From Candidatus Omnitrophota bacterium (lineage in GTDB: Bacteria > Omnitrophota > Gorgyraeia > Duberdicusellales > 4484-171), in assembly GCA_037146775.1 (NCBI GenBank), contig JBAWWL010000007.1:1536-65535 (forward strand): DNA of 64,000 nucleotides, read 5' to 3'. The stretch's first letter is position 1; the number at the start of each line of letters is the position of its first letter. A program made the position numbers and the translations under genes. This document shows, piece by piece, positions 1-10,969 of this stretch. A model generated the notes under the pieces. That model worked only from the letters and a program-made list of their open reading frames with translations. It searched no databases and had not been told where the DNA came from.

Positions 1-920
<920 letters not shown>

Positions 921-1036
921 TACTCAGCCTTATTTTTCTATTGACGAATTAACGGATTAAAGAATTAACTAATTGAAGAATTATTTAATTCGATAGTCCG
1001 TTGGTTCGTTAATGTTTTAATCCTTTAATTGACATT

Positions 1037-1155
1037 TATGGGGGTGCTCACACCGAAGGGGCCACACCCGTTCCCATTCCGAATACGGCCGTTAAGCCCT
1101 TCAGGGCCAATGGTACTGCCTTCGAAAGGAGGTGGGAGAGTAGGTCGGTGCCCCC
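1037..1155 (+). rRNA. rrf: 5S rRNA
   Basis: About 118 nt immediately downstream of the 23S with the 5S signature (CCGTTCCCATTCCGAACACGG-like CCGTTCCCATTCCGAATACGGCCGTTAAGCCC and a 3' GAGAGTAGGTCGGTGCCCC helix). Ends are approximate. Confidence 0.8.
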
Positions 1156-1377
1156 TTGTCTTTTTCTCCTTAAAAGGAGGAAAAAACAAATTGTCACCGC
1201 TAAAAGATTAGGCGGATAGTAACCAATCTCTCCGCCTGAGGCGAGCAAAGCGGCGGGCAAAGCGCAAACTTCAAAATTCCAAACAAGAAATTAGAATTCA
1301 AAAAACATCCGTTTATTTTACTGCCTCGGTGGTGACCTTTGTTGATTTTTCCTTTCTTTAGCATATAATATTTAAAT

Positions 1378-2046
1378 ATGAAATACGACGTATTGTTATG
1401 TTTGAGCGGAGGCAAAGACAGCTGTTCTCTTGCCTGTAAACTTAAAGAGAAAGGGCTTTCGATTTTGGCCTTTACCAACGACGTTGGTTTTATGAGTCCG
1501 GTAGCCCTGGAAAATATCAGGAAGCTGGTTGATGTACTGGAAATAGATCACCTTATGTTTAGGCCTAAACCAAGCGTGCATAAAAAAATTATTGACGAAT
1601 ATTTTTCTGACTCCCGGCAGAGCCTTGAAGATGTGTGTGGCCGTTGCGCCAGCTTGATGGCTCAGGCTGCCGCTTTTTTCGCGCGGGCCCACGGTATCAA
1701 CACTATCGTTTCAGGCTTTACCAAATACCATGCACAGGCCCTTCAGGCCGATAGAGGTATGCAGATATTACCTAAAATGGATATGGGAGGTATTACCGCG
1801 CTTAACCCTTATTGCAAATTTTATAACTTGAAAAAAATTGAACAGATGCTAAAAAAATTTGATATTGTTACCGATCCTACCCAGACTAACTGTAAATTTT
1901 TGCCTAAAATTATTGCCACCGATATAAAGCGTTTCGGCAAATGCTCAATGGAAGATGAGTTTAATTTGTTGCTTCAGGATAAGCAGATTACCCAGGAAGA
2001 ATACACCTATTACCGTAAATGGGTTACCAAGGAATTCAAACTTTAA
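1378..2046 (+). CDS. PP-loop superfamily ATP pyrophosphatase (N-type ATPase), subfamily unresolved
   Basis: N-terminal SGGKDS PP-loop motif (LCLSGGKDSCSLA). 222 aa with CxxC near residue 85. QueC/LarE/TilS-like fold, but the subfamily cannot be assigned by eye. Confidence 0.6.
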   Translation: MKYDVLLCLSGGKDSCSLACKLKEKGLSILAFTNDVGFMSPVALENIRKLVDVLEIDHLMFRPKPSVHKKIIDEYFSDSRQSLEDVCGRCASLMAQAAAFFARAHGINTIVSGFTKYHAQALQADRGMQILPKMDMGGITALNPYCKFYNLKKIEQMLKKFDIVTDPTQTNCKFLPKIIATDIKRFGKCSMEDEFNLLLQDKQITQEEYTYYRKWVTKEFKL

Positions 2047-2052
2047 GAAATT

Positions 2053-2916
2053 ATGCAACGAAAATTGTTGGTTTTCATTTGTTTCATGATTTTTGGTGTT
2101 GGTGTGGCGCGCGGCGAAATTATTCGGTTGAAAAACGGTAAAACTATTGAAGCGAGGATTACCGAAAGAAATGAGCGCTCGATTACGCTGGATATGTCAG
2201 GAGCTCCGCTCACTTATTATCTTTATGAGATCGATACTATCGATGGCGCGATACCGAAAGTATCTCTCCCGCAGCAGAAAATCGATCCCCAGCCATCACT
2301 GGTGGCTGTGCCGACAAAAGCGTCTTTAACTGCGCAGCAAATACAGGAAGCAGACGCGCACATGCAGAAAGGTTCGGACTATCTTAACGAACGTAAACAT
2401 CGGTTAGCGCTGGAGGAGTTTCAGAGCGCGGTTACTTTTAATCCTTATTTAGCCGATGGCTACTACAACATTGGTAATATTTATGCTTCTTCGCGCCAAT
2501 ACCCCGAGGCTATCGAAAATTATAAAAAAGCTATTGAGCTCAATCCTGTTTTCGAGAAGGCATATAGTAATCTTGGCCGTGTGTATATCTATAAGATGCA
2601 TCTTCATGAGGCAGCTATTTATTTGCAAAGGACCATTGAGCTTAATCCGCAGTCCGCTGAGGCGTACGATCAGCTTGGTCTTATTTACGTTCTTTCCGGA
2701 CAATATCAGCAAGCGCTTGATTATTATCAGAAGGTACTGCGGCTGGAGCCTAATTATCCCGATGTGTATTTTAAAATTGGCCTGACTTATTCTTCACTGG
2801 GAAAATATGCTAAGGCGCGCGAATATATCCAGAAAGCAAAACGTTTATTCCAGGCTCGCGGCGATATGATGAGCATAAAAGAAATGGACAAATATTTGAA
2901 GGAAATACCGCAATAG
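2053..2916 (+). CDS. Secreted TPR-repeat protein with conserved N-terminal LKNGKTIEA...PVTYYL module
   Basis: Signal peptide. Multiple TPR-like repeats (AxxYxxAlelnP pattern repeated). N-terminal 45-aa module shared with the 3486 and 10970 proteins. Confidence 0.7.
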   Translation: MQRKLLVFICFMIFGVGVARGEIIRLKNGKTIEARITERNERSITLDMSGAPLTYYLYEIDTIDGAIPKVSLPQQKIDPQPSLVAVPTKASLTAQQIQEADAHMQKGSDYLNERKHRLALEEFQSAVTFNPYLADGYYNIGNIYASSRQYPEAIENYKKAIELNPVFEKAYSNLGRVYIYKMHLHEAAIYLQRTIELNPQSAEAYDQLGLIYVLSGQYQQALDYYQKVLRLEPNYPDVYFKIGLTYSSLGKYAKAREYIQKAKRLFQARGDMMSIKEMDKYLKEIPQ

Positions 2917-2940
2917 CAATTGCATGTAGCAGGAGAAAAC

Positions 2941-3414
2941 ATGGAAAGAACATATTTAACACAGGAAGGCTATGATAAGTTGGTTCATGAACTTGAGTAT
3001 TTAAAAAATGTAAAACGCAAAGAAATATCAAGCGCGATTGAACACGCGCGTTTGCTCGGTGATTTGCGAGAGAACGCCGAATATAGTGCGGCCAAGGAGG
3101 CCTGTGCGTTTAATGAAAAACGTATTCGTGAGTTAGAAGATAAGATGAGCAGAGCGGAAATTATCGAACATATTGGTAAAGCCGCGGAAGGTGTTTATCT
3201 TGGCTCAAAAGTAACATTACTTGACGTTGAGACAAATGAAAGAATAGAGTATATGTTGGTCGGTCCGGATGAATCAAATCCTTCGGAAGGGTTTATTTCC
3301 GTAGCTTCCCCGGTGGGTAAGGCGTTATTGGGACACCAGGAGAATGATATAATCGAGATAACGATCCCCAGCGGTTTGCTAAAATATAAAATAGTGGGTA
3401 TATCATCCCGGTAA
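2941..3414 (+). CDS. greA: Transcription elongation factor GreA
   Basis: TYLTQEGYDKLVHELEYLKNVKRKEISSAIEHARLLGDLRENAEYSAAKE is the canonical GreA N-terminal coiled coil. AGGAG RBS 7 nt before the ATG at 2941; the upstream in-frame extension to 2920 is unlikely. Confidence 0.85.
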   Translation: MERTYLTQEGYDKLVHELEYLKNVKRKEISSAIEHARLLGDLRENAEYSAAKEACAFNEKRIRELEDKMSRAEIIEHIGKAAEGVYLGSKVTLLDVETNERIEYMLVGPDESNPSEGFISVASPVGKALLGHQENDIIEITIPSGLLKYKIVGISSR

Positions 3415-3485
3415 TGGCGGGATTATTGCTTGTCGGTGATAAAATTTCTTGCTTTTCTCGTTAAATATATATAAAATAAATTCAT

Positions 3486-4544
3486 ATGTTAAAAATCGTA
3501 ACCTTATTCATGGCAGTAATGTTTTTCTTGTATCCTTCCGTATTCGGCGAAAATATCAAATTAAAGAATGGCCAAACTGTTGACGCAAAGATTATTGAAA
3601 AAACAGACCGATATCTCAAGGTCGATATTGCCGGTATCCCAGTTACCTATTATTTAAACGAAATTGAATCCGTTGATGGAGTTGCAACCGGTGTTACTCC
3701 CCAGCAAGATGTAACCAAACCCCTGGAAACTCCGGCGGCGGAAAAAATTCCTTCTGATGCCACCAGCGTGTCGTCTACGGCACAGGATGATTTTCAGAAA
3801 GGCGTAGACTATCTCAACAATCGACAATACCCCGAGGCAGTCGCGGCATTCCAGAAGGCTGCACAGGCTAATCCCCGCGATGAGAAAACGTACTATAATC
3901 TTGGGTGCACTTACGATGCCATGGGCCAATACCCGCAGGCGGTTGATTTTTATAAAAAAGCCCTTGAAGTAAACGGTAACTATGTCGATGCTTATAACAA
4001 TCTTGGCGCCGACTATCATTCGTTAGGCAAGTATAAAGACGCGATCGAGTCGTATCAAAAAGCTATCCAGGTAAATCCTAATTTTAGCGAAGCGTATTCT
4101 AATATCGGAGCCGAATATATTTGTTTAGGCCAATATAAAGAGGCAATACCGTTTTTAGAAAAGGCTGTGCAAAAGAATCCTAAAAGCTCCGCGATCTACA
4201 ATAATCTTGGCGCGGCATATCGTTTTCTGGGGCAGCATCAGCAAGCTATAGATTATTATGAGAAGTCATTGAAACTTGAACCTTCTATTACTACCTATTA
4301 CGGTTTAGGGGCAAGTTACTATTATTTAAATAAACACAAAGAAGCGGTTGATTCTTTTAAGAAGGTTACGGAGCTTGATCCGAAGTACGCCGAGGCTTAC
4401 AGCGGTATGGGGCTTGCGTATGCCGGATTGAATAAAAAACAAGAAGCTATTCAGAATCTTACTAAAGCTAAGGAATTGTTTCAGGCTAAAGGCGACTCGC
4501 AAAGCGTTTCCCAAATCGAATCTTACTTGAAGAAATTACAATAA
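3486..4544 (+). CDS. Secreted TPR-repeat protein (paralogue of 2053 gene) with same N-terminal module
   Basis: Signal peptide. At least eight TPR units (YxNLGxxYxxxGxYxxAIxxYxKAlxlnP). N-terminal IKLKNGQTVDAKIIEKT...IAGIPVTYYLNEI module. Confidence 0.7.
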   Translation: MLKIVTLFMAVMFFLYPSVFGENIKLKNGQTVDAKIIEKTDRYLKVDIAGIPVTYYLNEIESVDGVATGVTPQQDVTKPLETPAAEKIPSDATSVSSTAQDDFQKGVDYLNNRQYPEAVAAFQKAAQANPRDEKTYYNLGCTYDAMGQYPQAVDFYKKALEVNGNYVDAYNNLGADYHSLGKYKDAIESYQKAIQVNPNFSEAYSNIGAEYICLGQYKEAIPFLEKAVQKNPKSSAIYNNLGAAYRFLGQHQQAIDYYEKSLKLEPSITTYYGLGASYYYLNKHKEAVDSFKKVTELDPKYAEAYSGMGLAYAGLNKKQEAIQNLTKAKELFQAKGDSQSVSQIESYLKKLQ

Positions 4545-4605
4545 AACTTCTTTTATCATTCGTTTCTTCCTCAGGTTTTATATTCGAACAAGGAGAGGTG
4601 AAGCT

Positions 4606-5022
4606 ATGGATAAAAAAATAATGTTATTTTTCTCAGCGTCATTTTTGGTTTTTTCTTTTCCTGCTTTTTCTCAGTTGGTTGACGATTCCGACTTTAATAT
4701 CCAGCATCAATATATTGGCAAATCGCAAAAAGAAACAGACGCTTTAAAAAAAGTGCATAATGGTATGGAGTACCTTAGTAAGGGGAAATATGACGATGCG
4801 ATAGTTGAGTTTAACAAAGCAATAGAAATTAATTCCAACTGCGCTGAAGCCTATTGTAAGAAGGGGATTGCTTATGTAAAGAAAGGCAATCGCCAAGAAG
4901 CCGCTTATAATCTTAAAAAAGCACTTATTATCGCTCCTCATTATTCCGAAGCCTTATCTGCCCTCTCTGATATGGGGTATGTTGAAGGGCTTAAAAGTGA
5001 TATATCCTCGGGTAATAAGTAG
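4606..5022 (+). CDS. Small secreted TPR-repeat protein
   Basis: Signal peptide plus 2-3 TPR units (AIVEFNKAIEINSNCAEAYCKKGIAY...). AGGAGAGG RBS. Confidence 0.55.
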   Translation: MDKKIMLFFSASFLVFSFPAFSQLVDDSDFNIQHQYIGKSQKETDALKKVHNGMEYLSKGKYDDAIVEFNKAIEINSNCAEAYCKKGIAYVKKGNRQEAAYNLKKALIIAPHYSEALSALSDMGYVEGLKSDISSGNK

Positions 5023-5128
5023 AGAGTTGTTCTGTGGATTAGTATTATTCCTGTAGTCCTTTTGCCTCTCCCTGCCATTAACCCCCTTACTATTTTTAGA
5101 GATAAGTGATATAATCAAAAAATAATAT

Positions 5129-6112
5129 ATGAAAAATACTATTATTTCGGTAGCTATTTTAATGGCACTTTTATTTCCACTAACCGTTAAGAGTGTTGTA
5201 AAAAAATACCCCGGTAAGAAAATACTCCTTATAAATTCTTATCATCAAGGATATTTTTGGAGCGATGGAGAACAGGAAGGGGTTGTAAAAACACTGGCCA
5301 ATACCGGCATACAACTTACGATCATATATATGGATACCAAGAATAATCCTTCGAATGAGTTTTGTAAGGAGGCGGGCCTTAAGGCAAAAAAGGCGATCGA
5401 AGAGTTTAAGCCCGATGTGGTAATTACCGGCGACGATAATGCTTTTCAATACGTCATTATGCCGTATTATCGCAACGCCCAGCTGCCGGTTGTATTTTAC
5501 GGTATTAACTGGGATATAACTGTTTATGGCGCACCTTACAAGAATACTACCGGGATGATTGAGATAAGTTTAGTTGAGTCTAATTCCAATCATTTAAAAA
5601 AGTTTGCCAAAGGTAACAAGCTCGGTGTTCTTGGTTTTGATTCGCTTGGTGAACGTGATACCGCCGCATATATTGGCCGATATTTTAAGGGCGAAGTGGT
5701 CTGTATGGAATTTGTAAAAGATTTCCAGTCCTGGAAGCAGAAATTTCTCGAGATTCAAAATAAAGCCGATATGATTTACATCACTTCTCCCGATGGAATC
5801 AAGAATTGGGATATAAAAGAGGCTGAGAAGTTTGTTTTGGAGAATGTGCGTATTCCGACTTGCGCGGATACGGGTCCGGCCTTAGCCACCTTAGCTTTGC
5901 TTGCAGTAATGAAGGTTCCTCAGGAAGAAGGCGAATATGCGGCCTTTACGGCTTTGCGTATCCTTGATGGCGAGAAGCCGTCCAGTATACCGATCGTCAC
6001 CAATAAGAGGGGTGATTTGTACTTGAATTTAAAAATTGCGGAAAAATTAAACGCGGTATTTCCGCCGTCAATGCTTCGAAGCGCTAAAATGATTGTTGAT
6101 AAGGATGGGTAA
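5129..6112 (+). CDS. Periplasmic substrate-binding-like protein (ABC_sub_bind/PF04392-like), probable sensor-associated
   Basis: Signal peptide. KKILLINSYHQGYFWSD...VVITGDDNAFQYV pattern typical of the uncharacterised ABC-type periplasmic component family that often partners with signalling proteins. Assigned from memory of the family only. Confidence 0.5.
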   Translation: MKNTIISVAILMALLFPLTVKSVVKKYPGKKILLINSYHQGYFWSDGEQEGVVKTLANTGIQLTIIYMDTKNNPSNEFCKEAGLKAKKAIEEFKPDVVITGDDNAFQYVIMPYYRNAQLPVVFYGINWDITVYGAPYKNTTGMIEISLVESNSNHLKKFAKGNKLGVLGFDSLGERDTAAYIGRYFKGEVVCMEFVKDFQSWKQKFLEIQNKADMIYITSPDGIKNWDIKEAEKFVLENVRIPTCADTGPALATLALLAVMKVPQEEGEYAAFTALRILDGEKPSSIPIVTNKRGDLYLNLKIAEKLNAVFPPSMLRSAKMIVDKDG

Positions 6113-6391
6113 GTATTTTTTTATTCTCCTTTGCCGAATAACCAGTGTGTATTACGGGGGTATTCTTTTTTACAAAAGTGTCGCAGAAATCTCTTCGAAG
6201 TTTTGCCTGTAGTCAAGAAAGAGCGTGGCAAAGGAGGATATCCGGGTATCCGTTTTGCCTTTGCGAAGATTTCTGTGAAACTTTTTTGAGGGATGTCTTA
6301 GAGGAATGAATCGGGCACTCCCCGTGGCTTGCGGGCCGCGAGAGTACGTGAAATTTATTGATTTAATCGAGAATATACGCGAGTACGCATT

Positions 6392-6718
6392 ATGACACTA
6401 GAAGAAATTCTTAAGGCATGCAAGGATCTGAGTATCTGCGAGGAGCGGTCTATGGGGGGAGAATATTGTGAATTGGTTTTTCTCAATAAAGAAATTGATA
6501 GATGGAATAAGATTTTTAATGGTATTTTTGGGCCTGCGATAAAACCAAAAGGATCAAAGCCCACCAAAGCAGACCTTCTCTTGACGGATGAACATGGCGG
6601 AATCTCCGACAATCAGACGTTGTTTCAGAGAGACTTCGGCAAAGAAATGATTTTTGCAATGTTTTGGCCATGGCAAGATGGTATCAACGTTACCTTAAAA
6701 ATAGTTCTCGTGAGGTGA
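6392..6718 (+). CDS. Hypothetical protein
   Basis: ORF only; no recognisable motif. Confidence 0.3.
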   Translation: MTLEEILKACKDLSICEERSMGGEYCELVFLNKEIDRWNKIFNGIFGPAIKPKGSKPTKADLLLTDEHGGISDNQTLFQRDFGKEMIFAMFWPWQDGINVTLKIVLVR

Positions 6719-6800
6719 TAGAGTTCTTTTTGGCAAGAGATTGCATTTGTTTATGAAGGCGATTTGCCATGCCTGTTAGCACGTTCATTTTTAGAGCGCA

Positions 6801-6836
6801 AACTCTTTACCTTTTTGTCGGGGTGGTGGTATAATT
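6801..6836 (+). promoter_or_regulatory. Sigma70-type promoter with extended -10 (TTACCT-N17-TGGTATAAT) and G-rich spacer; copy 1 of 3
   Basis: CTTTACCTTTTTGTCGGGGTGGTGGTATAATTA read directly. Same GGGGTGGTATAATTA core recurs at 9043-9074 and 12326-12357. Confidence 0.45.
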
Positions 6837-6906
6837 ATTTCGAAGTTTAAGAGTTAACGTGAAGTTATGGAAAATCCGGATTCCCAATCTTTATTATAGG
6901 TAGAAA

Positions 6907-8874
6907 ATGAAAAAGTTCAAAAAAACTAAAGCAAAAAATAAGTCACCAGGCTCCCGTAATGATAGTTTTATGCGCTCACACGAGCTGTTAAATGATTTGA
7001 TGCGTCTTATCCCCGATGTGATCTATTTTAAAGATAAGCATGGCAGGCTTGTCCTGGTGAATGAGGCCCACGCCAGAGGCCTAGGCCTTACGCCACAGCA
7101 GGTGATTGGTAAAACAGATTTTGATATTTTTCCCAAAGACAGGGCTAAGAAAATGTGGGACGATGACTTGCGCGTAATAAAGAGCGGCAAGCCTATTATT
7201 GATAAAATTGAACGAGCTACGCGCGCAGATGGAGCAGATAACTATGTTTCTACCACAAAGATACCGCGCTACGACGCTAAGGGCAATGTCATAGGCCTGA
7301 TTGGTATCACCAGAGATATTACAAAACGTATTCATCTTGAACAGTTAACGGAGCAAAGGCTGCATATTGAGAAAAAATTCAAGGCCCTGGAAGACCTGCA
7401 TAAGATCAAGTCGGAATTCATATCGGTTATATCGCATGAGCTCAGGACTCCGCTGGCGATTGTTCAAGACGCAGTTCTTCTTATATCTGAAGGTTTGGCC
7501 GGGCCAACCACCGAGAAACAGAGAGAATTGATTGCCAAAGCAAAAAATAATATTGAACGTTTGAAAAAGATGATAGATGAATTACTGGATTTGTCGCGGA
7601 TAGAAAATAGCCAGTTCAAATTGCAATATTCGCTAGTGAATTTTAATGATTTACTGCAAGATTCTTCGGAATTCTTTCGGAAATTAGCGCACGATAAAAA
7701 CATCACTCTGGAGTATGGCTTTCCGGAAAAACAGGTAAATATATTTTTGGATTATGAAAGGATAAACCAAGTCGTGTCAAATTTGATTACCAACGCGATA
7801 AAGTATACCGAGCCTGCCGGGACGATCAAGGTTGATCTAAGAATTCTTGAAAATAGAGTAAGGGTGGGCGTTATAGATACGGGTGTGGGAATCTCCAAGG
7901 AAGACCTCCCGAAGTTATTCAACAGATTTATGCAATTGGGCACGGTGCGTGAAGTTGACAGGAAAGGCGTGGGGTTGGGTTTATCTATCGTAAAACATCT
8001 CGTCGAGAAACATGGAGGGGAGATCTGGGCTGAGTCAAAATTGGGAGTGGGCAGTAAATTCTATTTTACCGTACCCAGATTTTATACTACCAGTGTATTG
8101 GAAAGCGATGTGAGAATGCGAATAGACCAGCTCCTGGAAAAGGATATATCGGTATATTTGCTTAATGCTTTAATCGTAAATTATGCGCTTTTTAAAAAGA
8201 GGATCAAGATAGAACCAAAGAAATTATTTAATGATCTTATCGTGATTTTGGGGGAATATTTGAAAGAGCGGGTTCAGGCAAAAACAGAGAAACCTCAGAT
8301 GATCTTCGGCAATGCAAGGTATGGAGAATTTAGCGTTCTTTATCCTGAGGCGACAGAAGAGGAAGCCGAAAAAGTTTGCAGGGATATCAAGGGTAAAATT
8401 CAGCAGTATCTCACAGATAACCAAATAGAGAATGTATTTATTAATATGGGAGTTATGTCTTATTCCGCGGAGAGCCAGCTTAAAACCACCCAACAGCTTC
8501 TTGCTAATCTCTATATGAAAAGGGTATACATTGGTTCAAATGTAAGGCGCCACCAGAGGATTGCCTATAAAGCTAACTTTGATATCCTTTCATCCAAGGG
8601 GGTAAGTGAATCGTTACATACGGTAGATATATCCGAAGGAGGATTGTGTTTTATTAGCCGCGATCCCCTAAGAACAGATTCCGAGGCAGAGGTAAGATTG
8701 AAGTTGCCCGGGAATTTGACTTTTCTTCTTAAGGGCAGAGTCGCCTGGATGAAGCCGCTGGAAGACTTGGCTAGCCCCGATACCTATACCTATAAAATCG
8801 GCATAGAGTTTATGAACCTGAAAGCCAAAGATAGAAAGAATCTGCGTAAGTTTATTACATCCATACCTTCCTAG
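6907..8874 (+). CDS. PAS sensor histidine kinase with C-terminal PilZ (c-di-GMP binding) domain
   Basis: PAS-like N-terminus. H-box SVISHELRTPL. HATPase N/G boxes (NAIKYT, DTGVGI, GVGLGLSIV). C-terminus carries both PilZ signatures, RRHQR (RxxxR) and DISEGG (DxSxGG). Confidence 0.8.
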   Translation: MKKFKKTKAKNKSPGSRNDSFMRSHELLNDLMRLIPDVIYFKDKHGRLVLVNEAHARGLGLTPQQVIGKTDFDIFPKDRAKKMWDDDLRVIKSGKPIIDKIERATRADGADNYVSTTKIPRYDAKGNVIGLIGITRDITKRIHLEQLTEQRLHIEKKFKALEDLHKIKSEFISVISHELRTPLAIVQDAVLLISEGLAGPTTEKQRELIAKAKNNIERLKKMIDELLDLSRIENSQFKLQYSLVNFNDLLQDSSEFFRKLAHDKNITLEYGFPEKQVNIFLDYERINQVVSNLITNAIKYTEPAGTIKVDLRILENRVRVGVIDTGVGISKEDLPKLFNRFMQLGTVREVDRKGVGLGLSIVKHLVEKHGGEIWAESKLGVGSKFYFTVPRFYTTSVLESDVRMRIDQLLEKDISVYLLNALIVNYALFKKRIKIEPKKLFNDLIVILGEYLKERVQAKTEKPQMIFGNARYGEFSVLYPEATEEEAEKVCRDIKGKIQQYLTDNQIENVFINMGVMSYSAESQLKTTQQLLANLYMKRVYIGSNVRRHQRIAYKANFDILSSKGVSESLHTVDISEGGLCFISRDPLRTDSEAEVRLKLPGNLTFLLKGRVAWMKPLEDLASPDTYTYKIGIEFMNLKAKDRKNLRKFITSIPS

Positions 8875-9042
8875 AATCGAGCAATTCCGGTCATTTTGTT
8901 TCTGTCAACACAATATAATTTTTGAGCCCGAGACAGCAGCAAGGTACTCTAGTTTTAGTATACCGTTGCATCATGAAGGCGGTATATCCACGGCATCTTT
9001 CTGGGTATTTTTTGTGATCCTTTAGATTTGATCCGGAAAATC

Positions 9043-9074
9043 GCTTACCATTTTGAAAGGGGGGTGGTATAATT
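9043..9074 (+). promoter_or_regulatory. Sigma70-type promoter, extended -10, copy 2 of 3 (TTACCA-N17-TGGTATAAT)
   Basis: TCGCTTACCATTTTGAAAGGGGGGTGGTATAATTAAAAAC, about 120 nt upstream of the 9192 ORF. Confidence 0.45.
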
Positions 9075-9191
9075 AAAAACAAGTTTGATTTGGCATAAAA
9101 TAGTGTCAGCAGAAATTTTTATAGACACTGGAAATTAAATAGTGAGGAGCCAGGTTTTTAAACCAAAACCTTGGATGGTCGGTGAATTAAG

Positions 9192-9464
9192 ATGATTTAT
9201 GCGCAAGCTCTGAAATATCAAAAAGTAGCTTTGTATGCAGGGTTAATTTTTGTTGGCGGGTTTCTTATCGTTGGAGCACTGCACCAGCGGTATACTGGCC
9301 AAACTTACGGTGAGGAAGGTAAGCCTGGAAGGGGCTATCACGTAGTAAGACGGCAGGAAATGCCGGTATATTTCGAATTTTTATTTTTTGTACGCTTAAT
9401 TCTGGGTATAATTTTATTGTTGTTGGGTTTGTATATGTGCGGACAGAAAACGGTTACTTTTTAA
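9192..9464 (+). CDS. Small membrane protein (2 predicted TM helices), hypothetical
   Basis: Hydrophobic segments LYAGLIFVGGFLIVGAL and LILGIILLLLGLYMC. Sits downstream of the conserved promoter. Confidence 0.4.
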   Translation: MIYAQALKYQKVALYAGLIFVGGFLIVGALHQRYTGQTYGEEGKPGRGYHVVRRQEMPVYFEFLFFVRLILGIILLLLGLYMCGQKTVTF

Positions 9465-9562
9465 TAAGTAGATATTCGTTATGGCCGTCAATGATGAGTT
9501 TTTAATCTAAGATTGTTGAAGTTTGCGGCCCCGGAAGGTGTTTTCTGCTAGTGAGAGGTAAA

Positions 9563-10867
9563 ATGAAGGATAATTGTTATATTCTGGGTGCGGGTGTTAC
9601 CGGCCTTGCCGCAGGTATCGCAACTAAATGGCCGATTTTTGAAACCGCAGACAGGGCTGGGGGGATATGCGCCTCGTATTATATACGGCCTGGTACAACA
9701 AAACGTTTAGCATGTTTTCCTCCGGACGAAGAAGCTTATCGGTTCGAGGTAGGCGGTGGACATTGGATTTTTGGAGCCGATTCTGCCACTAAGACGGTTT
9801 TGAATAAGTTTAGCCGGATGAAAGCGTATCGTAGAGCATCTTCCATATTTTTTCCGGATAGAAAAACAAGCGTTCCTTACCCCATACAAAACAATTTACG
9901 CTTTTTTAGCAAGAAAATAATTGCTAAAGTTTTAAAAGAGATATCTGGGTCGGGTAACCAAAAAAATAGAACCATGAAAGAATGGCTGGTTTCAAATTTT
10001 GGTGCCACATTAAGCAGTCTATTCTTTTACCCATTTCACGACTTATATACGGCTGGCTTGTATGACAGGATTGCCCCCCAAGATAGTTTTAAATCCCCGG
10101 TTGATATGGGGCTTATTAAAAAAGGTGCTCGCACAACGAACGCGCCGATTGGATATAACGCGAACTTTCTATATCCTTGTGAGGGGCTCGATTTTCTTAT
10201 TCGGCGAATGGCAAAGGAATGTCGCATTAGTTATTTTAAGAACGTCGAAGGGATCGACGTAGAAGCCCGCGAAATATATTTTTCCGATAAATCTACGGTT
10301 AAATATAAAAAACTGATATCCACGCTTTCCCTTGATGTGATGATCGGGCTTACAGGGTTAAAGCCAAGTGTTAAAGCCGATCCACATACTTCAGTGCTAG
10401 TTATGAATATCGGGGCAGTAAAAGGCAAAAATTGTCCGAAGGATCACTGGCTTTATGTCCCCGAAACGAGCTCCGGATTTCATAGGGTTGGTCTCTACAG
10501 TAACGTTGATGCGTCGTTTCTTCCTAAAACTTTCCGTAAATCGGGTACGCGGGTTGGTATGTATATCGAGCGAAGCTATAAGGCGGGGCAGAGGCCATCG
10601 AAACGCGCAGTAGAACAATATGTAAATTGCGTGATCAAAGAACTACAAAGCTGGGAATTTATACGGGAAGTCGACGTCGTCGATACCACATGGGTAGATG
10701 TTGCATATACGTGGAGTTGGCCGCAGTCTCAATGGAAAACAGAAGCCTTGAGGTTATTGCGCGAAAAAAATATTTACCAGATAGGTAGATACGGTGCTTG
10801 GAAATTCCAGGGAATCGCAGAGTCTGTGCAGCAGGGATTAGCAGCTAGGGCATTCGTTGATTGTTAA
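9563..10867 (+). CDS. FAD/NAD(P)-binding oxidoreductase (amine oxidase / UDP-galactopyranose mutase-like fold)
   Basis: N-terminal Rossmann dinucleotide-binding motif ILGAGVTGLAAG...ETADRAGG. GAGAGG RBS before the ATG at 9563; an alternative GTG sits at 9551. Confidence 0.65.
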   Translation: MKDNCYILGAGVTGLAAGIATKWPIFETADRAGGICASYYIRPGTTKRLACFPPDEEAYRFEVGGGHWIFGADSATKTVLNKFSRMKAYRRASSIFFPDRKTSVPYPIQNNLRFFSKKIIAKVLKEISGSGNQKNRTMKEWLVSNFGATLSSLFFYPFHDLYTAGLYDRIAPQDSFKSPVDMGLIKKGARTTNAPIGYNANFLYPCEGLDFLIRRMAKECRISYFKNVEGIDVEAREIYFSDKSTVKYKKLISTLSLDVMIGLTGLKPSVKADPHTSVLVMNIGAVKGKNCPKDHWLYVPETSSGFHRVGLYSNVDASFLPKTFRKSGTRVGMYIERSYKAGQRPSKRAVEQYVNCVIKELQSWEFIREVDVVDTTWVDVAYTWSWPQSQWKTEALRLLREKNIYQIGRYGAWKFQGIAESVQQGLAARAFVDC

Positions 10868-10969
10868 AAGAGGAACGGGTTGCTCGTGGGCGCGCGTTTC
10901 TTTTGCATTTTAGCATGCAGCGGTTAAATATGTTGGTGTGAAGGGTGGTATACGTCCTTTGAGGCATAC

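Noticed and set aside
8891-9082. Minus-strand 63-aa ORF
   Set aside because: Overlaps the conserved plus-strand promoter cassette and has no RBS.
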